From NCBI GenBank assembly GCA_026625185.1, contig CP113000.1, positions 1,005,622 through 1,037,621 on the forward strand: a stretch of 32,000 nt of DNA, in the 5' to 3' direction. The position numbers and the translations under genes were made by a program. Shown here piece by piece: positions 26,391-32,000 of the stretch. The notes under the pieces were generated by a model. The model saw only the letters and a program-made list of their open reading frames with translations, had not been told where the DNA came from and ran no database searches. Origin of the DNA: Thermodesulfobacteriota bacterium (lineage in GTDB: Bacteria; Desulfobacterota; WTBG01; JAGOGO01). Positions within the stretch are counted from its first letter, which is position 1, and each line of letters opens with the position of its first letter.

Positions 26391-26716
26391 ATGAAAAAAT
26401 CCATAATTATTTCTATAATTTTGGGACTTTGTCTAATTTTTAGCACAGTCTCTTTTTTATTTTTAAATCCCAGAGCAACTTCTGCTACAGAGGCAAAGAC
26501 CGCAACTAAACCAGGAGCGGTAAAATTAATAAATATCAATACGGCTTCGGCAGAGGACCTTACGAGCCTCAAAGGCATCGGAGAAAAAACCGCCTAGGCG
26601 ATCATTGAATATCGAGAGAAAAATGGTGCTTTTAAGGCCATTGAAGATATCAAAACGTCAAAGGAATAGGTGACAAGAAGTTTGAGGTATTTAAAAGCAG
26701 TATCTGTGTGAAGTAG
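26391..26716 (+). pseudogene. comEA: comEA (helix-hairpin-helix DNA receptor) disrupted by an in-frame TAG and a 1-nt frameshift
   Basis: A signal anchor is followed by INTASAEDLTSLKGIGEKTA, then TAG (26595-26597) where ComEA proteins have Q. The text continues AIIEYREKNGAFKAIEDIK, and then the conserved NVKGIGDKKFEVFKSSICVK* is only readable after a frame change at the A-run near 26652-26655. Confidence 0.7.
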
Positions 26717-26745
26717 TAACCTGATTCCCCTTCGCCATGATCCCA

Positions 26746-26779
26746 AGAAAGGCCTTTTTAAAAGGCCTTTCTTTTTTTT
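26746..26779 (+). terminator. Rho-independent terminator after comEA
   Basis: AGAAAGGCC (26746-26754) pairs with GGCCTTTCT (26764-26772), followed by a T-run to 26779. Confidence 0.75.
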
Positions 26780-27006
26780 CTCCAGAAACAAAAAGTTCAG
26801 CAGGTGACATTTTTCACATACGTAATTTTGGAGAAGCCGTAAAAAGGCGAAAATCAGACGGCACAGCGGTAGGGACACGTTGCCACGTGTCCTTTCACTA
26901 AATGCAAGGTGCGCCTGTCTTTGAGCTTCGCTCGGAGGCCTGTCCCCGTTCAACGCACAGGGTCAATTTCACCCTCACCCTGCCAGCTCCAGACTCTTCG
27001 TGCCCG

Positions 27007-27108
27007 ATTCAGAAAGTGAGAAGTTAAGAAATTATGAGGTTAGGAAGCTCACATTTTCTTAACTTCGCATCTTCCCAACTTCCAAGTTTTACGAAGCCGT
27101 CAATTTTT
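27007..27108 (+). repeat. 102-bp direct repeat, copy A (contains a 12-bp perfect inverted repeat)
   Basis: It matches 30882-30983 with 7 mismatches in 102 by my hand alignment. The internal hairpin pairs GAAGTTAAGAAA (27020-27031) with TTTCTTAACTTC (27055-27066) around a 23-nt loop. Confidence 0.9.
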
Positions 27109-27117
27109 GTTGCTTTA

Positions 27118-27145
27118 GAACGCTTTTTTGAATAAAATTCTCTCA
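27118..27145 (+). promoter_or_regulatory. ECF-sigma-like promoter motif upstream of nrfH
   Basis: GAAC-N17-TCTCTCA lies 85 nt upstream of the nrfH ATG. The same architecture (GAAC-N17-TGTCTCA) follows repeat copy B. Confidence 0.4.
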
Positions 27146-27229
27146 TAACAATTTTTGAAAGGTACCACGTAATGGTACGAAGAGGAAACCCAAATAGTTT
27201 TTCCATGATGAAAATAACTTAAAAAACGC

Positions 27230-27703
27230 ATGAACTGGAAAAACCTATTTAACACCGATAAGCGCACACTGTTCGGATTAGGCACGCTGTGCGGAATTAT
27301 TATCGTGGTCGTAATCGCGTCCCTGTATACCGCTTCGGGAAGCCCTTACCTTTGCGGCTCCTGTCACAGCATGGGACTGGTGCATAAACGCTGGCAGGTA
27401 TCTCCTCACAAGCAGTTTTCCTGTATTGATTGTCATCTTCCCGCAACGCATCTGCCCGAAAAACTGGCTTATAAAAGTCGCGCCGGCTCTCACGACCTCA
27501 TTAACGAGACCATGCGCATCTATCCCGCGGCCATCCTGTTTTCCGAAGAAGGCCGGGGAATCGTAAACGGTAATTGCGTGCGTTGTCACTTTTCCACCAT
27601 AGAAAAAACCCCGATGGCGGGAATAACGGTTGACTGCACCAGGTGCCATCGCTACCTGGTGCATGGCCGGGGTCTTGAAAAAGGAGGGATTAGCGTTGAA
27701 TAA
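27230..27703 (+). CDS. nrfH: NrfH, membrane-anchored tetraheme cytochrome c quinol dehydrogenase (NapC/NirT family)
   Basis: An N-terminal TM helix and four CxxCH motifs (CGSCH, CIDCH, CVRCH, CTRCH). It lies immediately upstream of nrfA. Confidence 0.9.
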   Translation: MNWKNLFNTDKRTLFGLGTLCGIIIVVVIASLYTASGSPYLCGSCHSMGLVHKRWQVSPHKQFSCIDCHLPATHLPEKLAYKSRAGSHDLINETMRIYPAAILFSEEGRGIVNGNCVRCHFSTIEKTPMAGITVDCTRCHRYLVHGRGLEKGGISVE

Positions 27704-28973
27704 AAAAAGAGTGCTCTTCGTCATTCTTATCGGATTGTTTTTAATGGGCGGGGCAATCCTCGTGCGGGTCGTGATCCTGAAACCTGCCTCTACCATACAG
27801 CTTGCCGGCATTCCCCCGGACGAATATGATCCCGCGGTCTGGGGCCGGCACTATCCCAGGGAGTACCAATCATATCTTAAAAACAAGGAAATGGCTCCTT
27901 CTCCCACCGGATTCGGAGGAAGTGAAAAGGTCCAGAAATCGGTACAGGAACCGGAGATTCTGACCAACTTCAAAGGGATGCCCTTCAACGTCGACTACTC
28001 CGAGGACCGCGGCCATCCTTACGCGCTCGATGATCTCAAAAACAGTAAACGCATAAACGAGACCACGGCCGGTTCCTGCATGACCTGCAAGACCCCGAAC
28101 CTCATCGATGTGTTTAAAGAAAAGGGCTGGGGCTACGCCAAGACGCCGCTTAAAGACTTGCTGCCCAAACTCACACAGCCGATCGCCTGTGCCAACTGTC
28201 ACGATCCCGCCACCATGAACCTGAGGGTGATCAATCCCGCGTTTATCGAGGCCGTGAATCGCCGGGGAATCGACCTCACCAAAGCCACCCGTGAAGAAAT
28301 GCGCGGCTACGTCTGCGGCCAGTGCCATGTGGAATACTATTTTGTGCCCGCCGACAAAAAAGTCATTTTCCCCTGGGCCAACGGCTTAAAGCCCGACGAG
28401 ATGTATACCTACTACGCGCAAAAACCCAATGCTTTTGAGAAAGACTGGCAGCACCCCGACTCTCAGGCTTTGATGCTCAAAGCACAGCACCCGGACTATG
28501 AAACCTGGAGCACCGGAGTTCACGCCAAGTCGGGAGTTTCCTGTCCGGATTGCCACATGCCCTTCACACGCGAAGACGGGGTGAAATACACCTCTCACTG
28601 GGTTACCAGCCCCATGAAGAACATCAAGCAGTCCTGCCGGCCCTGCCACACCCAATCGGAAGACTGGCTCCTCGACCGGGTGAAGACCACACAGAACAAT
28701 GTCTGGCAACTCCAGCGTATTGCCGGCCAGACCATTGCCAAAGCCCACGGAGTGATCGGACAGGCCGCTCAGGTCAAGGATTCCGACAAAAAGAAACTCG
28801 ACCAATCGCGGGAGCTTATCCGCAAGGCCCAGTGGTTCTGGGACATCGTGGCCGCGGAAAACAGCATGGGCTTCCACAACCCTTCACAGGTGGAAAATAC
28901 TCTGGGGCAGTCTATCGATCTGGCACATCAGGCGATAACCGCAGCGAACGATGCAGCACACTCAAATTTCTGA
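27696..28973 (+). CDS. nrfA: NrfA, pentaheme cytochrome c nitrite reductase (ammonia-forming)
   Basis: The diagnostic CxxCK active-site heme motif is CMTCK, and there are four CxxCH motifs (CANCH, CGQCH, CPDCH, CRPCH). I chose the TTG start at 27696 because AAGGAGGG lies 7 nt upstream. The 27630 start in the track would overlap nrfH by 74 nt. Confidence 0.9.
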   Translation: MNKKRVLFVILIGLFLMGGAILVRVVILKPASTIQLAGIPPDEYDPAVWGRHYPREYQSYLKNKEMAPSPTGFGGSEKVQKSVQEPEILTNFKGMPFNVDYSEDRGHPYALDDLKNSKRINETTAGSCMTCKTPNLIDVFKEKGWGYAKTPLKDLLPKLTQPIACANCHDPATMNLRVINPAFIEAVNRRGIDLTKATREEMRGYVCGQCHVEYYFVPADKKVIFPWANGLKPDEMYTYYAQKPNAFEKDWQHPDSQALMLKAQHPDYETWSTGVHAKSGVSCPDCHMPFTREDGVKYTSHWVTSPMKNIKQSCRPCHTQSEDWLLDRVKTTQNNVWQLQRIAGQTIAKAHGVIGQAAQVKDSDKKKLDQSRELIRKAQWFWDIVAAENSMGFHNPSQVENTLGQSIDLAHQAITAANDAAHSNF

Positions 28974-29013
28974 AAATTGTTTTCAAAAATCGCGGGGAAC
29001 AAAGTATTCAGGT

Positions 29014-29625
29014 ATGATGTCTAATAAATCAGATCACGTTTACGATGATGACGTCACCTTTATATCTCGATGCCAAAAGGGCGACACCGAAGCCTTTGGG
29101 GTCCTGGTGGAAAGGTATCAGAAAAAAATGTTCAACATTGCCTTTCGGATGACCGGAGATTACGAGGCAGCAGGCGAGGTTGTCCAGGAAGCCTTTCTTT
29201 CCGCCTTTCGGGCGATCAAAACGTTTCGTGGCGAAGCGACCTTTGCCACCTGGCTGACCACCATTGTGCTCAACCACGCAAAAAACAGCCTCAAAAAGAC
29301 AAGGGTCATCTCCCACTATGAACCGATATCTCTTGACCAAGCCGCTGATCCCCATAATGAAACTCCCCGTTTTGATCCTCCGGCAGACAGTATGTCGGCA
29401 ATGGAACGGCTTGAAAAAAAAGATATCCAGGAAGTGGTCCAGGAAGCTATCAATTCTCTCGATACGGAATTTCGGGAGATACTTATTCTGAAAGACATTC
29501 AGGAGGTTTCTTACGAGGAGATCACTGCTATCCTGAAGATCCCTGATGGCACCGTGAAATCTAGAATTTTCCGGGCGCGTGAAGCCTTGAGAGAACGGTT
29601 AAAAAGAAAGTTAGGAGATTGGTGA
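29014..29625 (+). CDS. ECF (sigma-70 family, RpoE-like) sigma factor
   Basis: Region 2 reads GDTEAFGVLVERYQKKMFNIAFRMTGDYEAAGEVVQEAFLSAF. Region 4 reads FREILILKDIQEVSYEEITAILKIPDGTVKSRIFRAREALR. I trimmed the start to the MMSNK ATG. Confidence 0.9.
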   Translation: MMSNKSDHVYDDDVTFISRCQKGDTEAFGVLVERYQKKMFNIAFRMTGDYEAAGEVVQEAFLSAFRAIKTFRGEATFATWLTTIVLNHAKNSLKKTRVISHYEPISLDQAADPHNETPRFDPPADSMSAMERLEKKDIQEVVQEAINSLDTEFREILILKDIQEVSYEEITAILKIPDGTVKSRIFRAREALRERLKRKLGDW

Positions 29626-30698
29626 TGAACTGCCAGGAAATCCAAAAAAACTTGTCTTCCTACGTTGATGGAGTTTTGTCCTCCGAAGAAAAGAAGCTCG
29701 TGGAAGGACATCTGACATCCTGCGGCCAGTGCAGTGCCGCGCTTGCGGATTTGCGGAAGGCAAAAGACCTTCTCCGAAATCTCGATGAGGTGGAGCCGCC
29801 GCCATGGCTTACGGCAAAAATCATGGCCCGGGTGGGAGAAGAAAAAGAGCAACGGGCGAGTTTCTTAAAAAAACTCTTCTTTCCTTTTTATATAAAAGTC
29901 CCCATTCAGGCTCTCACTGTTATTCTGGTTGGCGTAATAGTATTTCAGGTTTACCGGATGGTAGAACCGGAGAAGAAAGTCACTCACGCGCCCTCTCCGC
30001 CTTCACTTTTAACGGAGCAAGAAGCGCTGAAAAAGGAAACACCCTCAGGTGCTGCGAAGTCATCTGAAGCGCTATCTCCACAGCCACAGCGAAACACGGC
30101 CGCGAGCAAAATCGCCGAGAAAAAGGATGAGAACGCTCAGCCAATGTCTTATGCGCAGGGTAGGGAGGATAAAAAGCCCGGTAATGTACCGGTCCCAGCT
30201 GGGGAAAATGCTCCGGTAATGGCTGAGGCAACGCCGGAAGACAAAAGTAAAAAAGAAGCAGCAGGACTGGCAAACGTACCTGTGCAAACCGAGGCCTCCC
30301 GACAACGATTCCCTGAAGGGCAGCCGGAAGACTCGGAAAAAGCTGCCGTTTTTGCTGATAAAAAAGGAGTGGAAGAAGAACCGGAAACAACGGTTCTCAA
30401 GGATAAAATAACCAGGCAGCGTGCCTGCGCGCAACTCATGCCTTGTATTATCGTAAGCGTCTCCGATACTGCCGCGGCTAAAAAGGTGGCTGAGGATATG
30501 GTAAAACAACTCGACGGAAAAGCGATCGAGACCATCACCCAGGGAACCAGGGAAATTATAATTGCCGAACTGCCTTCCGAAAATATCAACGAGCTCTCCG
30601 AAAAACTTCAAACTCTGGGCGAGATAAAAACCAATCCAGAGCTTTCCAAACTCCCGGAAGAAACCGTTCGTGTCCATATAGAAATTACCCCCCGATAA
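29625..30698 (+). CDS. Anti-sigma factor (zf-HC2 type) with one TM helix and a large low-complexity extracytoplasmic domain
   Basis: Its ATG overlaps the sigma stop codon (TGATG). The N-terminal zinc motif is H-x3-C-x2-C (HLTSCGQCS). The TM segment is VPIQALTVILVGVIVFQVY. A Glu/Lys/Ala/Pro-rich region is followed by a structured C-terminus. Confidence 0.8.
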   Translation: MNCQEIQKNLSSYVDGVLSSEEKKLVEGHLTSCGQCSAALADLRKAKDLLRNLDEVEPPPWLTAKIMARVGEEKEQRASFLKKLFFPFYIKVPIQALTVILVGVIVFQVYRMVEPEKKVTHAPSPPSLLTEQEALKKETPSGAAKSSEALSPQPQRNTAASKIAEKKDENAQPMSYAQGREDKKPGNVPVPAGENAPVMAEATPEDKSKKEAAGLANVPVQTEASRQRFPEGQPEDSEKAAVFADKKGVEEEPETTVLKDKITRQRACAQLMPCIIVSVSDTAAAKKVAEDMVKQLDGKAIETITQGTREIIIAELPSENINELSEKLQTLGEIKTNPELSKLPEETVRVHIEITPR

Positions 30699-30881
30699 CC
30701 GTCCCCGAATCCGGGAAATCAAAAATTCCTTTCCCGCATTCGTGTCGTTTTCCTCTCATCTTAACTTTCCCCACATGAAAAGTGAAGTGTAAAACGTAAG
30801 ATGTTAAAACACTTCGCGCTTCACGCGCTCACGTTTTACGAAATATAATCTTCGCTCCCTGCTCTAGGCTCGTCGTACCCA

Positions 30882-30983
30882 ATTCAGAAAGTGAGAAGTT
30901 AAGAAATTATGAGGTTAGGGAGCTCCCATTTTCTTAACTTCGCATCTTCCTAACTTCCAATTTTTACGATGTCATCAATTTTT
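30882..30983 (+). repeat. 102-bp direct repeat, copy B
   Basis: It matches 27007-27108. The hairpin arms (30895-30906 and 30930-30941) are identical to copy A, while 2 of the 7 substitutions fall in the loop. Confidence 0.9.
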
Positions 30984-30986
30984 CGG

Positions 30987-31014
30987 GAACATTTTTAAAA
31001 CCTCCTGTGTCTCA
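30987..31014 (+). promoter_or_regulatory. ECF-sigma-like promoter motif upstream of the VIT-domain gene
   Basis: GGGAAC-N17-TGTCTCA resembles the GGAAC...GTCT class of ECF promoters. It lies 170 nt upstream of the ATG at 31184. Confidence 0.45.
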
Positions 31015-31183
31015 AGGGACAGAAACCCTAATAATACCAAGTTGCATTCAAAAGCAGATCGAGGCGACGACGAGGAATCGACACAGGTGTACATTTTAGT
31101 GCGTCGAGGAGTGTGACGAGGAGATAACAAAGATATGCAAATGAAAAAGACTTGGTATAAACCCAAAACCAAGGAGGTAAGAC

Positions 31184-32000
31184 ATGAAACAACTAAAACG
31201 ATTCTTATTATCTTTAATCATTACGGCGTTTATTCTACCCTTCGGCGCTCTCGCCCGCGCCCAGGAAAACGAAAATTCCGATCGTACTCTTTCTCCCTAT
31301 TTCTTTGTCAAAAGTGACGACGCCGGTACGGACCAGCTTCCGCTCAAAGCCACTTCAGCGAAGGTAAATATCGCCGGGGTTATCGCTGACGTGCTGGTCA
31401 CGCAGGTTTATAAAAATGATGGGAAAAAATCTTTGGAGGCGATCTACATCTTTCCTGCGTCCACTAGGGCCGCGGTATACGGAATGACAATGACCATCGG
31501 TGAGCGGGTGATTGCGGCAAAAATCGATAAACGCGATGCCGCCCGCAAACAGTACGAACAGGCGCGGGATTCGGGCAGAAGCGCGTCTCTGCTGGAACAG
31601 CAACGGCCCAATGTCTTCCAGATGAACGTTGCCAACATCATGCCCGGCGATGAAATCAAAGTCGAGCTTACTTATACCGAATTACTTGTTCCCACTGACG
31701 GCATATATGAATTTGTTTATCCGATGGTGGTCGGGCCGCGCTACACGAATCAATCGAAGGATAACGCTCCCGCTTCGGAGCATTGGGTGCAAAACCCCTA
31801 CCAGCATCAGGGCAACGCCCCGAGCTATTTCTTTGATATCAACGCGACAGTCTCTGCCGGGCTTCCCATTCAGGAACTGACCTGCTCTTCCCACAAAATA
31901 AAAGCAAAATATGACGGTCTTTCAATCGCCCGCATCGCGCTGGACCCTGCGGAAACAAATGGCGGCAACCGCGACTATATTCTGCGGTACCGTCTTGCCG
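31184..32000 (+). CDS. Secreted VIT (vault inter-alpha-trypsin) domain protein, probably VIT plus vWA (N-terminal 272 aa; runs off the right window edge)
   Basis: Absent from the ORF track because it has no stop in the window. AAGGAGG lies 6 nt upstream of the ATG. A signal peptide (MKQLKRFLLSLIITAFILPFGALA) is followed by the VIT pattern LSPYFFV...D.LPLK.T...V.I.GVIADV.V.Q.Y.N.G....EAIYIFP.S..AAVYGM.M.IG.R.I.A.I..R..AR..YE.A...G.SASLLEQQRPNVFQMNVANI.PG. Confidence 0.8.
   Translation, partial: MKQLKRFLLSLIITAFILPFGALARAQENENSDRTLSPYFFVKSDDAGTDQLPLKATSAKVNIAGVIADVLVTQVYKNDGKKSLEAIYIFPASTRAAVYGMTMTIGERVIAAKIDKRDAARKQYEQARDSGRSASLLEQQRPNVFQMNVANIMPGDEIKVELTYTELLVPTDGIYEFVYPMVVGPRYTNQSKDNAPASEHWVQNPYQHQGNAPSYFFDINATVSAGLPIQELTCSSHKIKAKYDGLSIARIALDPAETNGGNRDYILRYRLA

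Noticed and set aside
26595-26597. Possibility that the in-frame TAG in comEA is recoded (pyrrolysine or TAG=Gln code)
   Set aside because: TAG is used as the genuine stop of dsrA, ftsK and the sigma-54 activator in this same window. The gene also needs a separate frameshift, so a pseudogene or sequencing error is the simpler explanation.
26594-27206. Minus-strand ORFs 26594-26953 and 27024-27206, and 30975-31172 near repeat copy B
   Set aside because: They overlap comEA antisense or run through the repeat and hairpin sequences. The copy-B equivalent of the 27024-27206 reading frame contains a stop. They have no Shine-Dalgarno sequences.
27278-29017. Long antisense or alternative-frame ORFs inside nrfH/nrfA (27278-27811, 27870-28328, 28386-28877 and 28550-29017)
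   Set aside because: They are shadow ORFs of the relatively GC-rich nrfHA genes. Their products are Arg/Gly/Pro-rich with no motifs, whereas the nrfH and nrfA frames carry the heme-binding motifs.
28997-29024. Third ECF-like motif GGGGAAC-N17-TGTCTAA directly upstream of, and overlapping, the sigma-factor start
   Set aside because: The -10-like element overlaps the only plausible start codons (29014 and 29017). A transcript starting downstream would lack any in-frame ATG/GTG/TTG before conserved region 2. It is probably coincidental or non-productive.
29980-30722. Minus-strand ORFs 29980-30390, 30072-30722 and 30149-30589
   Set aside because: They are antisense to the low-complexity region of the anti-sigma gene, which is translationally coupled to the sigma gene and has the zf-HC2 motif. 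They have no RBS.
1-32000. CRISPR arrays, rRNA/tRNA genes, transposases or an integron integrase
   Set aside because: I found no regularly spaced short repeats, no rRNA or complete tRNA structures, and no DDE-transposase, tyrosine-recombinase or serine-recombinase-like ORFs in any frame of the supplied track or in the two edge ORFs I translated by hand.

Overview
This is a 32-kb chromosomal segment, mostly minus-strand genes and moderately AT-rich by eye. It looks like it comes from an anaerobic sulfite/sulfate-reducing bacterium. All family calls come from motifs read by eye; no database search or folding program was run.

Core genes on the minus strand, from high to low coordinate:
- hldA/rfaE-like heptose kinase, ftsK, lolA, rimO, a dksA/traR-family gene and selB.
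- dsrA-dsrB, followed by a TPR protein, an FKBP/SlyD-like PPIase and a small hypothetical.

Other core genes:
- An orphan dsrD is convergent to the dsr operon and sits next to a sigma-54 enhancer-binding protein.
- A 1149-aa LplT-PlsC-Aas triple fusion is present.
- nrfH-nrfA is followed by an ECF sigma / zf-HC2 anti-sigma pair, then a VIT-domain protein that runs off the right edge.
- At the left end is a minus-strand cluster: B12-radical SAM, a lipase-like alpha/beta hydrolase, a ceramidase-like membrane protein and a lipoprotein ORF that runs off the left edge and is missing from the ORF track.

Most notable observations:
1. About 4.83-8.16 kb is an accessory insertion. It holds a rhuM-family gene and what reads as an integrase-less, integron-type two-cassette array with attC sites. 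One cassette encodes a PD-(D/E)XK-like orphan protein, a candidate novel defence gene. The other is a GC-rich SAM-methyltransferase cassette whose attC core matches my memory of the aadA-type 59-base element.
2. Two near-consensus sigma-54 promoters share an upstream element at the same spacing. Together they define a small sigma-54 regulon of lipid-type enzymes.
3. Two 102-bp direct repeats with a conserved hairpin bracket the nrfHA-ECF module. Each is followed by an ECF-like promoter motif.
4. The dsrAB operon carries TPR and FKBP genes where dsrD normally sits.
5. comEA carries an in-frame TAG and a frameshift.
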